Assembly: GCF_021764745.1 (NCBI RefSeq)
Contig: NZ_JAETXX010000008.1
Span: forward strand, 62,548-126,547
From: Joostella atrarenae
Lineage (GTDB): Bacteria > Bacteroidota > Bacteroidia > Flavobacteriales > Flavobacteriaceae
Direction of reading: 5' to 3'
Length of the DNA stretch: 64,000 nt
Part shown: one piece after another, positions 46,228-56,602 of the stretch
Numbering within the stretch: position 1 is the stretch's first letter
Layout of the letters: the number at the start of each line of letters is the position of its first letter
Translations under genes and position numbers: made by a program
The notes under the pieces: generated by a model
The model's database searches: none
What the model was told of the DNA's origin: nothing
The model's input: the letters and a program-made list of their open reading frames with translations, nothing else

Positions 46228-47614
46228 ATTTCTCCCCTAATTCATTTAATGCTTTTAAAGGTACGCTTATCATAAGTTTTTCGTCTTTGTAAGACCAATC
46301 AAGATTTTCTTTGATTCCTAATATATAAATATTACTACCGTCTTCAGGGTGGATTGCATCTAAGGTAAATGTCTCCTCAGGCTTCTTAAAAGTCGTTGCA
46401 TATAATGTAGATGCATTTTTCTTTTTCGTGATTCTAATCGCATCTCCTTGTTTATAATTTTCTCCAACGCTTTCGGTATTATAAACAGCCTCTCCATTTA
46501 TTCCCAACCAATCTCCAATATCTTTAAGTCTTTTTATGCTTGCTTCAGGAATTACGCCTTTTGCATCTGGACCAACATTAAGAAGGTAATTTCCTCCTTT
46601 TGAAGCTGCATCTACCAAATTAAAAATTAAAGTTTCAGAGGTTTTCCAATTATGATCATTTGTTTTGTATCCCCATGTATCATTCATAGTCATACAAGAC
46701 TCCCAGTCTAAAGTGGAAGTTCCGTCTAAAATCTCTTGCTCTGGAGTTCCAAAATCTCCTGCATATTTCATCTTACCATCATTCATCCCTTGCATTCCTT
46801 TTCTACCTTTATCAACACGATTATTTATAAGAATACTAGGCTTTAAACTTCTCACATATTGATATAAATCTAGCCCTTGTTCGTGCGTGAATTCTGGCGT
46901 CCATTCTCCATCGAACCATAAAATAGCAGGGTCGTATTTTGTAATAAGTTCTTTAAGTTGTGGCTTCATATAGTTTTCATAATACGTATTGAAACGCTCC
47001 TCATTATTCTCATCTTTAGTACCTCCTTTTGCATAAGTATCTGCTTGAGCATCTGGGTGATGCCAATCTATTGTAGAATAATAAAGTCCGAATTTAATAC
47101 CATCTTTTTTACAAGCATCAGATAAAGCCTTCAATATATCTTTCTTATACACTGAAGCGTCCATAATATCATAATCTGAAATCTCAGAATCCCACAATCC
47201 AAAACCATCATGGTGCTTTGAAGTAATCACCATATATTTCATTCCGGCATCCTTTAACGCAGACACCCATTGTGATGCATTAAATTCTACGGGATTAAAT
47301 GAAGTCGCAAATTTCTCATATTCAGAAATAGGGATCGATTGCGTTTTCATGATCCATTCCCCAACGTTTTTAGTTTCTTTCCCTTTATAAATACCTGCTG
47401 GAACAGCATATGCTCCCCAATGAATAAACATCCCGAAACGCGCTTCTCTCCACCATTCCATTCGGTTATTAAAATCTACTTCGGATTCTTCTAAATAATC
47501 GATATTTGAGTTTTCGCTTGTAGCTACTGAAGGTGGTTCATGTGAAGCCGCTTTTGGACTTTCCTTACATGATAAAAAAGTAATTAGTAAAAGAATTATT
47601 AAATAACGATTCAT
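46187..47614 (-). CDS. GH29 alpha-L-fucosidase
   Basis: FGMFIHWGAYAVPAG and SKHHDGFGLWDSEISDYDI. 475 aa, signal peptide with lipobox (FLSCKES). Confidence 0.85.
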   Translation of the reverse strand: MNRYLIILLLITFLSCKESPKAASHEPPSVATSENSNIDYLEESEVDFNNRMEWWREARFGMFIHWGAYAVPAGIYKGKETKNVGEWIMKTQSIPISEYEKFATSFNPVEFNASQWVSALKDAGMKYMVITSKHHDGFGLWDSEISDYDIMDASVYKKDILKALSDACKKDGIKFGLYYSTIDWHHPDAQADTYAKGGTKDENNEERFNTYYENYMKPQLKELITKYDPAILWFDGEWTPEFTHEQGLDLYQYVRSLKPSILINNRVDKGRKGMQGMNDGKMKYAGDFGTPEQEILDGTSTLDWESCMTMNDTWGYKTNDHNWKTSETLIFNLVDAASKGGNYLLNVGPDAKGVIPEASIKRLKDIGDWLGINGEAVYNTESVGENYKQGDAIRITKKKNASTLYATTFKKPEETFTLDAIHPEDGSNIYILGIKENLDWSYKDEKLMISVPLKALNELGEKYAWTFKIENGKTK

Positions 47615-47691
47615 AATTAAAGGTTTTGGTTGGTTATATTATTTATTAATCTTCTGTTTACAATTAGTTTTACACAGAATAAATATAGAGG

Positions 47692-48507
47692 TTATAATCT
47701 ATAAAAATCAATTGCATTTTTACTCATCACTTTATCTAAATCTTCTTCAGTATAAAAACTTTTTATAACATCTAGAACTTCAGCATATGTAGCTGCTACT
47801 AAACAGACTGGCCAATCTGACCCAAACATAATTCTATCGGATCCAAAAGACTGAGTTACTTCTTCTAAAAAAGGAATAAATTCACTTTTATTCCACTTAT
47901 ATCCCTTGGTTTCCGTAACCATTCCAGATACTTTACAGTATACATTTTCATTTTGAGCTAACAGCCGAATAGCATCTTTCCATTCTTTTTCTATTCCATT
48001 AGAAATTTCAGGCTTTGCTATATGATCTAAGACAAAAGGTTGGTCTGGAAACTTATCAACCATTTTTATAGTGTCTGAAAGCTGATTTTTACTGATTAAA
48101 ATATCGTATGTTAATCCGTATTTTTTTAAAGCTCCTATTCCCTTCTGAAAGTCTTCCCTCAATTGAAAATTATTGGATTCCGCTTGAACAATGTGGCGCA
48201 CCCCTTTAAATTTAGAAAACTTAGAATAGTGTTCCAATCGCTCATCTACAGTACTACTTTTTAGATCTACCCAACCTACAACACCTTCTATAAAGCTATT
48301 TTTATCAGACAAATTCAATAAAAAATCTGTCTCCTCTTCGGATTGATCTGCTTGTACTGCAACACAACCATCAATTTTATTTTCCTTTAAAACAGGCAAT
48401 AAATCTTCTGGCATAAAATCCTTACGAATAACCTTCATAGTATCATCAATCCAGCTATCTCTAACTGGATTGTACTTCCAAAAGTGCTGATGACTATCAA
48501 TTTTCAT
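47692..48507 (-). CDS. Amidohydrolase-2 (PF04909) family metal-dependent hydrolase; candidate L-fucono-1,5-lactonase
   Basis: 271 aa. N-terminal MKIDSHQHFW (HxH metal site), a later HIAKP and a DW-containing C-terminus. The lactonase role is inferred from operon context. Confidence 0.55.
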   Translation of the reverse strand: MKIDSHQHFWKYNPVRDSWIDDTMKVIRKDFMPEDLLPVLKENKIDGCVAVQADQSEEETDFLLNLSDKNSFIEGVVGWVDLKSSTVDERLEHYSKFSKFKGVRHIVQAESNNFQLREDFQKGIGALKKYGLTYDILISKNQLSDTIKMVDKFPDQPFVLDHIAKPEISNGIEKEWKDAIRLLAQNENVYCKVSGMVTETKGYKWNKSEFIPFLEEVTQSFGSDRIMFGSDWPVCLVAATYAEVLDVIKSFYTEEDLDKVMSKNAIDFYRL

Positions 48508-48516
48508 AATAAAATT

Positions 48517-49371
48517 CTATTTATAAGCTTTCACAGATTGCTTAGAGCTTCCTAAACCATCAATTCCTAGTTCTACAGTATCCCCAGGATTTAAATAGCG
48601 AGGTGGTTTTAACCCTAATCCAACACCAAATGGCGTTCCTGTAGAAACAATATCTCCTGGTAACAAAGTCATAAACTGACTTATGTAACTAACTAAAGTA
48701 GGAATATCGAAAACAAAATCTGATGTATTACTATTCTGCATCATTTCTCCATTTAATTTCAACCAAAGGTTAAGACTATGGGGATCTTTTATTTCATCTT
48801 GAGTTGCAATATAAGGTCCTAACGGAGCAAAAGTGTCACAACTTTTTCCTTTAACCCATTGCCCTGATCTTTCTATTTGAAACTCACGCTCACTATAATC
48901 ATTATGCAAAACATATCCTGCAACATGATCCATCGCATTTTCTTTAGACACATACGAAGCTTTCTTGCCAATTACAAAAGCTAGCTCTACCTCCCAGTCT
49001 GTCTTTTTACTATTTTTAGGAATTACCACATCATCATTAGGTCCAACGATTGCAGATGTCGCCTTAAAAAATAAAACAGGTTCCTTTGGAATATCCATAC
49101 CACTTTCTGCTGCGTGTTTAGCATAATTAAGACCTACACAAACTAATTTTGAAGGTCTTACTGATGGTGCTCCAAGACGAACATCATTACTAACTTTCTC
49201 GCATGAATCAGCATTTGTTTCTAACCATTTCTTCAAACGATCTACTCCATCACTCCCAAAAAAAGACTCATTAAAATCTTCTCCAAAGGAAGATACATCA
49301 ATACGGGTTCCATCTTCTAATTGAACCCCTGGTTTCTCACTGCCCTCTTTTCCGAATCGTATTAATTTCAT
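48517..49371 (-). CDS. Fumarylacetoacetate-hydrolase (FAH) family protein; candidate 2,4-diketo-3-deoxy-L-fuconate hydrolase
   Basis: 284 aa. EVELAFVIGKKA (FAH metal-binding E-x-E region) and a C-terminal GTPFGVG loop. The pathway role is inferred from context. Confidence 0.55.
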   Translation of the reverse strand: MKLIRFGKEGSEKPGVQLEDGTRIDVSSFGEDFNESFFGSDGVDRLKKWLETNADSCEKVSNDVRLGAPSVRPSKLVCVGLNYAKHAAESGMDIPKEPVLFFKATSAIVGPNDDVVIPKNSKKTDWEVELAFVIGKKASYVSKENAMDHVAGYVLHNDYSEREFQIERSGQWVKGKSCDTFAPLGPYIATQDEIKDPHSLNLWLKLNGEMMQNSNTSDFVFDIPTLVSYISQFMTLLPGDIVSTGTPFGVGLGLKPPRYLNPGDTVELGIDGLGSSKQSVKAYK

Positions 49372-49377
49372 GTTATA

Positions 49378-50964
49378 TTATTTTATTATTGTTTTTATTT
49401 GTTTCCACTCTTTCCCTCCAAAAGGAGCATCATTTTGCTGAATCCTACCTGGAGTACTTCTTCCGTCTTCAATATATTTTACAAGAAGTGCATGAAGTTC
49501 TGTTACCCTCTCTGGCTCTTCATAAACTAAATTGACACTCTCTTTAGGATCTTTATTAAGGTTATAAAGCTGTAACGGTGGTAATTTTTCTATCCCTTCA
49601 GAATTTGGTTTAGGACTACTCCAACCACCAGAACCTGGACAGAATATTAACTTCCATTCCCCTTTTCTTATAGCAAAACTTCCGTTTATAGAATGATTCA
49701 CTATGGCTTCTCTACCAAACTTATCCTCATCATTATTAAAAAGAGGTAACATTGAATAACTGTCTTCTCCTTGATTATCTTTAAGTTGAATGTTTAAAAT
49801 ATCTGCACATGTAGCCATTAAATCTGTAGTACATACAATTTTATCTGTCGTTGTACCAGCCTCAATAACAGCTGGCCATTTTACTATAAAAGGTACTCTA
49901 TGTCCTCCTTCAAATATATCTGCTTTATGACCTCTATATTTATAACTAGGATAATGATTTTTAGCCTGTAATTCTTCAATTTTAGCAGCTGGAGAACAAC
50001 CATTATCACTGGTGAAAATTATCAATGTATTTTCTTCGATTCCAGCTTCTTTAATCGCCAAATTTAGTTTCCCCATATAATCATCTACAAGCATCACAAA
50101 ATCAGCATAAGGATTTAATCCACTTTTACCTTGCCACTCTTCCGTAGGGAGAATTGGTGTATGTGGAGATGGAAGTGCTAAATATAAAAAGAAAGGTTTT
50201 CCAATATTTGCATGATCTTTAATATAATTTATAGACTTTTCGAAAAACAAAGGAGTTGTTTCTTCATGAACAAAATCCACTCCAGTAGGGCCTTCTCGCC
50301 ACCATCCGTATTTGGTTTCACTTATCGTTACTTTATCTGGTTGTGCTGTTACATTATCATTTTCAACATAAACATACGGCGCCATATCCAAAGAACCAGA
50401 ATGTCCAAATGAATATGTAAACCCTAAATCTTTTGGAGAATTAGAAATTGGTTTGGTAAAATCTATATTGTCATAATCTGTTGGTGTCCATCCTTCACCT
50501 CCAATACTATCTCCTTCCTTTAATGCCCAATCCCAACCTAAATGCCATTTCCCAATGAATGCAGTTTCATAATTCTGAGCTTTTAATAAGGAAGCAACCG
50601 TAGTCCTATCATTAGGAATTAATGCTTTTGAGACCCCAGTTAAGACACCATTCTTAAGAGGACTCCGCCAATTATATCTTCCTGTAATAATACCATATCG
50701 CGTAGGAGTACATACTGATGAAGAGGTGTGAGCATCTGTAAATTTAAGTCCCTCATTAGCTAATTCATCTATGTTTGGTGTTTGTATCTTACCCTCTGGA
50801 TTAAGCGCACTTATATCGCCATAACCCAAATCGTCTGCAAGCACATATATTATATTCAAATCAGAACTTACTTCGCTAACCTCTGCAATTTTATTTTTCT
50901 CCTTACATGATGAATATAAAATAGAAGCTCCTACTATAAAAAATAATACTTTTTTAAATCCCAT
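49378..50964 (-). CDS. Formylglycine-dependent sulfatase (S1 family)
   Basis: IIYVLADDLGYGD and CTPTRYGIITGRY (FGly motif). 528 aa, lipoprotein signal. Confidence 0.85.
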   Translation of the reverse strand: MGFKKVLFFIVGASILYSSCKEKNKIAEVSEVSSDLNIIYVLADDLGYGDISALNPEGKIQTPNIDELANEGLKFTDAHTSSSVCTPTRYGIITGRYNWRSPLKNGVLTGVSKALIPNDRTTVASLLKAQNYETAFIGKWHLGWDWALKEGDSIGGEGWTPTDYDNIDFTKPISNSPKDLGFTYSFGHSGSLDMAPYVYVENDNVTAQPDKVTISETKYGWWREGPTGVDFVHEETTPLFFEKSINYIKDHANIGKPFFLYLALPSPHTPILPTEEWQGKSGLNPYADFVMLVDDYMGKLNLAIKEAGIEENTLIIFTSDNGCSPAAKIEELQAKNHYPSYKYRGHKADIFEGGHRVPFIVKWPAVIEAGTTTDKIVCTTDLMATCADILNIQLKDNQGEDSYSMLPLFNNDEDKFGREAIVNHSINGSFAIRKGEWKLIFCPGSGGWSSPKPNSEGIEKLPPLQLYNLNKDPKESVNLVYEEPERVTELHALLVKYIEDGRSTPGRIQQNDAPFGGKEWKQIKTIIK

Positions 50965-50976
50965 TATTTCTTCTTT

Positions 50977-52782
50977 TTAGTTTTTAGAGATTTTAAAAGT
51001 CGATGCTAAATGTGAAGGCAATTGAGAATATTTAACTTTTTTAGTATCTACAATCATTTTACCATCTCTATAGGTCCAGTCTAAATCTAAATCAGTTCCT
51101 ACAAGTTTTACTTTTGAATTATTTCCTGGATTTGGAATCTCTAATACTAACTCCTCATCTGGCCACTGTAAACTCACTGCGTAAATATTCCCGTTATTTT
51201 GGGTATAACATAAATACGTTTGCATAGAACTATAAGAACCTTCTATCCCATGATTTTTTAAAGCTTCATCTTTGTAAAATGCTGAAGCAGGAATAACTGT
51301 TTTGTCACTATCTTTTGTACTCCAGTATATAGAAACGTGCGCGTTTTGTTTCTTTTCTACATATTTAATTTTAACTGTATTTGCTTTCCCTTCTTTTAAA
51401 GTTACAACACCAGAAGTTACCGCTCCAGTTTTTGCTTCCATTACTTCTGATTGACTCCCAGTTTCTTGATAATTCTGATTTACAACTAACTCATCATTTA
51501 TCCAAATAGCAACAGCATCATCCGCCTTAACCTCAATTGTATACTTTCCAGATTTAGGAGCAACGAGATACCCATCCCAATCTACTGTAAAACTATCTTC
51601 TTTTATTCCTTTTAAAGGACTATTTCTCACCCAATTAAAGTCAATTTTATCATCTACTCTTTGCTTAGTAACTTTCTTTTCTTGCTCATGGACACTATAA
51701 GGCGTTGCTCCATATATTGCTTCTCCATTTATTTTTAACCATTTTCCTAAATCTATAAGTCGTTCTTGTTGCAATAAAGGAATCTGACCGTCTGCCTTTG
51801 GACCGACGTTTATAATCATTCCACCCCCATTGGCTACAGTTTGCACAAACCGATGAACCAATTCTTCTGAAGTAGTATACGCTTCTAATTTTTCGTTTCT
51901 ATTTAATCCAAAAGAACGCCCTAATCCTCTTACTTCTGCCCACGGACGGTCTGTTTCTTTTATTCCTGCACTATATTCTGGTGTTAAAAAACCAGTATCA
52001 AGACCTCTTCCCCATCGATCATTCACAATTGCATCACTACCAACTAAGTTATAATACCAATCTATAAGTTCTGGGGCATGCCACTGCTTTGCTGTATTAA
52101 ACCATTCCCCATCAGAAAAAATTAAAGAAGGTTTATATGTTTTTACCACCTCTTTAAACTGAGGAATCATGTACTCTTCTACGTATTTCCCTATACTATC
52201 GTTAGGATCTGTATACCATCTGTGCAATGGATGGTTCCATTCTGATAACGAATAATATAATCCCATTTTTAATCCTTCTCCTCGAACAGCATCTGTTAAC
52301 TCTCCAACTATATCACGCTTTGGACCCACATCTACAGAATTCCAATTCCTATTATATTTACTTGGCCATAAAGTGTATCCATCATGATGTTTAGATACTA
52401 AAACTACATATTTAGCACCTGCTTTTTTAAAGAACTGTGCCCATTCTTTAGCATCAAATAACTCAGCTTTAAAGTGAGGAGCTAAATCTTTATAAGTTGC
52501 TTGTTCTCCATAATTATCTTTAAGATAATTAGTCCTCAAAGTATCTCCAGTTTGCAAGCCTCTCAAATACCATTCTGAATATGATTCTGCTCCTCCATAT
52601 GCTGGAACGGAATACAATCCCCAATGTATAAAAACTCCTAATTTCGCATCTTTAAACCATTGTGGATAAGGTCTCTCATTAATTTTATCTATTAATTCTT
52701 CGTAATTTCTATCCTGAGAAAATGAAAAAGAATAAAAAAGAATACTGATTATTACAAGAATTTTTAAACGCATATTATCCAT
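50977..52782 (-). CDS. GH29 alpha-L-fucosidase with C-terminal PA14/discoidin-like domain
   Basis: LGVFIHWGLYSVPAYGG and SKHHDGYTLWPSKYN. C-terminal FTVDWDGYLVAPKSGKYTIEVKADDAVAIWINDE is a PA14-like pattern. Confidence 0.8.
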   Translation of the reverse strand: MDNMRLKILVIISILFYSFSFSQDRNYEELIDKINERPYPQWFKDAKLGVFIHWGLYSVPAYGGAESYSEWYLRGLQTGDTLRTNYLKDNYGEQATYKDLAPHFKAELFDAKEWAQFFKKAGAKYVVLVSKHHDGYTLWPSKYNRNWNSVDVGPKRDIVGELTDAVRGEGLKMGLYYSLSEWNHPLHRWYTDPNDSIGKYVEEYMIPQFKEVVKTYKPSLIFSDGEWFNTAKQWHAPELIDWYYNLVGSDAIVNDRWGRGLDTGFLTPEYSAGIKETDRPWAEVRGLGRSFGLNRNEKLEAYTTSEELVHRFVQTVANGGGMIINVGPKADGQIPLLQQERLIDLGKWLKINGEAIYGATPYSVHEQEKKVTKQRVDDKIDFNWVRNSPLKGIKEDSFTVDWDGYLVAPKSGKYTIEVKADDAVAIWINDELVVNQNYQETGSQSEVMEAKTGAVTSGVVTLKEGKANTVKIKYVEKKQNAHVSIYWSTKDSDKTVIPASAFYKDEALKNHGIEGSYSSMQTYLCYTQNNGNIYAVSLQWPDEELVLEIPNPGNNSKVKLVGTDLDLDWTYRDGKMIVDTKKVKYSQLPSHLASTFKISKN

Positions 52783-53548
52783 TTAATGTTACAAACCCTC
52801 CATCTATCGGGAAATTACTACCAGTTATAAAAGAAGCTTCATCGCTACATAGATAAAGCGCCATATTTGCTATCTCTTCAGGAAGTCCCATTCTTCCGAT
52901 TGGTTGCGTTTTAGAAAGTTTATCAAACATTTCTTCTTCTTTTCCTGGATAGTTATTCTTAATAAATCCATCTACAAACGGAGTATGCACTCTCGCTGGA
53001 GAAATGCAATTACATCTAATATTATGATCTATATAGTCTTTTGCTATAGAATACGTCATTGTTAAAACTGCTCCTTTTGACATTGAATAAGCAAACCTAT
53101 CTGAAATACCAACAGAAGAAGCTATGGACGCCATGTTAATTATTGTACCTCCTTTTTTTTTTAAAAACGGAATTAAAGCTGAAACGCAGTTATAAACTCC
53201 TTTCACATTTACATTATAAACTCTATCTAAATCACCTTCAGACGTGTTTTCTACATTACCTACATGGGCAATCCCCGCATTATTAATTAATATATCAATC
53301 GTATATTGAGAAGCTAATTCTGTAATTACCTTATTAACTCCCGCATTATCTGCAACATCACATTTTTTCCAGACACCTTTACCTCCATTTGCCTCAATTT
53401 CAATGATAGTATCTTCAGCATTTTTCTCATTAAATTCTAAAATACACACAAAAGCACCATGCTTTGCAAAATTTAAAGAAATTGCTTTTCCTATTCCGCT
53501 TCCGCCACCAGTAACAATCGCTACTTTATTTTCTAAACTAAAACTCAT
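52775..53548 (-). CDS. SDR-family oxidoreductase (candidate L-fucose or 2-keto-3-deoxy-L-fuconate dehydrogenase)
   Basis: Starts with VAIVTGGGSGIGKAI. NNAG, and YSMSKGAV with the YxxxK catalytic motif. First gene of the long minus-strand fucoidan operon. Confidence 0.75.
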   Translation of the reverse strand: MSFSLENKVAIVTGGGSGIGKAISLNFAKHGAFVCILEFNEKNAEDTIIEIEANGGKGVWKKCDVADNAGVNKVITELASQYTIDILINNAGIAHVGNVENTSEGDLDRVYNVNVKGVYNCVSALIPFLKKKGGTIINMASIASSVGISDRFAYSMSKGAVLTMTYSIAKDYIDHNIRCNCISPARVHTPFVDGFIKNNYPGKEEEMFDKLSKTQPIGRMGLPEEIANMALYLCSDEASFITGSNFPIDGGFVTLNG

Positions 53549-53837
53549 TATATATTTTTTATTATTTGAAAAAATCTCTTATATCCATGACTTACAATAT
53601 TACTGGAACTAGCATAAATCTTCCACCTAAAAAAAAGCAAACTCTAATACTATTTTTGCCTTTTGATGACAAATTTCGAAGATTTTACATATAAAAGAAC
53701 ATACACCTTATCAGTAATAAAATGATAAGTCAATATTTCTCCACAATTACACTTCTTATATATACTTAAAAAAGCAAAAATTAGAAACTACTAACTGATT
53801 AATATATAGGATTCGAAAGTTAAAAATTTACATATAT

Positions 53838-53859
53838 TTATACAATCGATTGTATAAAT
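53838..53859. promoter_or_regulatory. 22-bp perfect palindrome TTTATACAATCGATTGTATAAA in a divergent promoter region (candidate operator)
   Basis: Read directly. A related ATACAATCGATTGAAT lies at 56545-56560 upstream of the second susC. Both sit next to a TACATATATT motif. Confidence 0.45.
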
Positions 53860-53917
53860 ATATAGTTTTATTATTATATTTGAGTTATCATTAAGTGATT
53901 TTCACTTTTATTGATTT

Positions 53918-55138
53918 TTGAATAGTAAACTAATTACAACTAAACTTATGATTACGAGGGTAAAAACTTTAATTGCACTGCTTCTAATATTTCAATTTAT
54001 TGGATGCAACGACAATAAAGAAACTAAAAAAGAAGACAAGAGATCTATTGTTGAAAAAAGTGTTGATCAGTATGACACTGCTTATACTGAAATAAATAAA
54101 CATCTGGAGATGAAAAGATTCATCCCTAGATCTATTAAAAACAATGCTATGAAATACGTTGGAGCTTATGACTGGACGAGTGGATTTTACCCTGGCACAT
54201 TATGGAATTTATATAAATTATCTGGAGATAATAAATGGAAAGAACGCGCTACTATTTATACCGAAAAATTAGACACTATTCAATATTGGGAAGGAAATCA
54301 CGATGTTGGTTTCATGATAGAATGTAGTTTTGGTAATGGAATAAAATATGCCAATATAGAAAAATACAATGATGTAGTTGTACAGACTGCAAAGTCTTTA
54401 TCTACAAGATATAGACCAGACGCAGGAGTTATCCAGTCTTGGGGAAGTAACAAAAAGTGGGATTGTCCAGTTATTATAGACAACATGATGAATCTAGAGT
54501 TATTATTTAATGCTACTAAGATTTCTGGAGACTCCACTTATTACAATATTGCTGTAACACATGCAAATACAACCATCAAAAATCACTTTAGACCAGATTT
54601 CAGTTCATACCACGTTGTTGACTACAATCCTGAAACAGGAGAAGTTAACAAGAAAAACACACACCAAGGATTAAAAGATGAGTCTGCTTGGGCTAGAGGT
54701 CAAGCTTGGGGACTTTATGGATATACTGTAAGTTACAGAGAAACAAAAGATCCTAAATACTTAGAACAAGCACAAAAAATAGCAGAATTCATTAAAAACA
54801 ATCCAAATTTACCAAAAGACAAAGTACCTTATTGGGACTATAGCGCTCCTGCCAGCGAAGAAACTCCAAGAGATGCATCTGCAGCAGCTATAACTGCATC
54901 TGCATTATATGAATTAGCTACTTTCTCTGAAAACGCTAACAAAAAAGAACATAAAGATTTTGCTGATGAGATTATGAGTAGTTTATCATCTCCAGCATAT
55001 TTTGCAGAAACAGGTACTAATGAAGGATTTTTACTGAAACATTCTGTTGGAAGTATTCCTCATGGAGCAGAAATTGATGCCCCGTTAAATTATGCAGATT
55101 ATTATTACACAGAAGCTCTTATTAGAAGAGGAGAGTAA
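53918..55138 (+). CDS. GH88/GH105-family unsaturated glucuronyl (uronyl) hydrolase
   Basis: Lipoprotein signal (FIGCNDN). Motifs DWTSGFYPGTLWNLY, HDVGF and WARGQAWGLYG are characteristic of Glyco_hydro_88. Confidence 0.65.
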   Translation: MNSKLITTKLMITRVKTLIALLLIFQFIGCNDNKETKKEDKRSIVEKSVDQYDTAYTEINKHLEMKRFIPRSIKNNAMKYVGAYDWTSGFYPGTLWNLYKLSGDNKWKERATIYTEKLDTIQYWEGNHDVGFMIECSFGNGIKYANIEKYNDVVVQTAKSLSTRYRPDAGVIQSWGSNKKWDCPVIIDNMMNLELLFNATKISGDSTYYNIAVTHANTTIKNHFRPDFSSYHVVDYNPETGEVNKKNTHQGLKDESAWARGQAWGLYGYTVSYRETKDPKYLEQAQKIAEFIKNNPNLPKDKVPYWDYSAPASEETPRDASAAAITASALYELATFSENANKKEHKDFADEIMSSLSSPAYFAETGTNEGFLLKHSVGSIPHGAEIDAPLNYADYYYTEALIRRGE

Positions 55139-55149
55139 GTACCACACAT

Positions 55150-55195
55150 TAAATATCACATGAAAAAGGCTTCCAATTTGGAAGCCTTTTTCATG
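55150..55195. terminator. Bidirectional terminator: 44-bp near-perfect palindrome between convergent genes
   Basis: Read directly: ATCACATGAAAAAGGCTTCCAATTTGGAAGCCTTTTTCATGTGAT. The GC stem GGCTTCC/GGAAGCC has A/T runs on both sides. Confidence 0.7.
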
Positions 55196-55214
55196 TGATA
55201 TTACCTTAAGAAGA

Positions 55215-56468
55215 CTAATACTTAACTTTATAATCTTTCTTAACAGACTTTCCTTGCCATGCCTTTTTAGAAGTCCATTCCTCATCTTCTGCTGACCAAA
55301 ACTCATGATCAGATGGCAAGCCTAATGGCAAGAAACTCAACGTAGTCATATACAAGCTTCCTGTAGACGTATAATAATCTGCTATCTCAGGCTGATGTCC
55401 ACGGAACCCTAAAAGCAACCAATCATTATCGTCAAAAACATCATCTACTAATAAGTTCTTTGTTATCTCAGTTAAAGCACAACGCACTTGAGCTGGAGAG
55501 ACAATCTCTGGTAAAATATCTCTTTGTGCTGCCATTGCAAGCACTTGAAACGCTGCAGTCCTATAAGTAATAGACCTTCCTATAACAGGAAAAGTACCTT
55601 CAGGAGAAATCATTCGTTCTTGTAATTCTGCATAACGAACCATACGTTTTACTGCTGTATTATAATCCTCCTCATAAGAATTGTCAAAATCCTTCATAAC
55701 CTCCAGCACTTCCACAAACATCGGATGCATCACATACGAGTTATAATAATCAAATGCAAAATGAGGACCATCACTATAGTTTCCATCACCTACATACCAT
55801 TCCTTAAAACTTGAAATTGCTTTATCAATAGACTCTTTATCCCAATCATCTTCTCCAGCATAACGTAAAAATGCCTCTGTAGTCGCTGTAAAAATCAACC
55901 AATTATTATTAAATGCTTTTCTAGTCCTTAGCGCTTTAAACTCTGTTATCAAACGCTTTTTTGTAGTATTATCTAATGGATCCCATAAAGCTTTTGGAGC
56001 TCTCAATAACCCCTGAGCTAAAAAAGCTGCATCAACAATAGGCTGATGTTCTGTTCTAAAATTTAAATAATCTGGACTACTTGGATTAACTCCGTTTTTA
56101 ACAGCCTTATAATACAGCTCCTTTAACTCTTCTCTTTTCTTTCCTTCTGCTGAATCATCATCAGGAAGACCTAACCATGGCGCGAGTCCAGCCATTGTTC
56201 TCCCAAAGGCTTCTAAGTAAGTTACATTTTTTCTTAACCCATAAGAGGGAGCCTTCTCGTTGGGCATATTTTTTACTAAGGTGTTATTAGCTAAGTTGTA
56301 TAAAACAGGATGTGATATTTTATAAAGGGTATCAACCCAATAACTTCTAACACTATTATCAGAGACACTTTCATCTACTTCATTATTATCGGTAAACCAC
56401 GACAATGGATTACTCACCAATGGAACCGCAATAAGAGGTACTGTATTTATAAAATTTCTTCGTTTCAT
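55215..56468 (-). CDS. Exported hypothetical protein (TAT-like RR signal), possibly DUF2264-like
   Basis: N-terminal MKRRNFINTVPLIAVPL resembles a twin-arginine signal. 417 aa with W/Y-rich composition. The family assignment is a guess. Confidence 0.35.
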   Translation of the reverse strand: MKRRNFINTVPLIAVPLVSNPLSWFTDNNEVDESVSDNSVRSYWVDTLYKISHPVLYNLANNTLVKNMPNEKAPSYGLRKNVTYLEAFGRTMAGLAPWLGLPDDDSAEGKKREELKELYYKAVKNGVNPSSPDYLNFRTEHQPIVDAAFLAQGLLRAPKALWDPLDNTTKKRLITEFKALRTRKAFNNNWLIFTATTEAFLRYAGEDDWDKESIDKAISSFKEWYVGDGNYSDGPHFAFDYYNSYVMHPMFVEVLEVMKDFDNSYEEDYNTAVKRMVRYAELQERMISPEGTFPVIGRSITYRTAAFQVLAMAAQRDILPEIVSPAQVRCALTEITKNLLVDDVFDDNDWLLLGFRGHQPEIADYYTSTGSLYMTTLSFLPLGLPSDHEFWSAEDEEWTSKKAWQGKSVKKDYKVKY

Positions 56469-56602
56469 TTTTAAAATATTATGGTTAATGATTATTTAAC
56501 AGGTTTTAAAGGTAATAAATAAGAATATGAAATAAAAAAATAAATACAATCGATTGAATTAATAAAATTTTACATATATTCACAATAAATTAACCAAAAA
56601 TT

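Noticed and set aside
55085-55306. 73-aa minus-strand ORF overlapping the GH88 3' end and the terminator palindrome
   Set aside because: It spans the convergent terminator and overlaps two better-supported genes. Its translation is low complexity.
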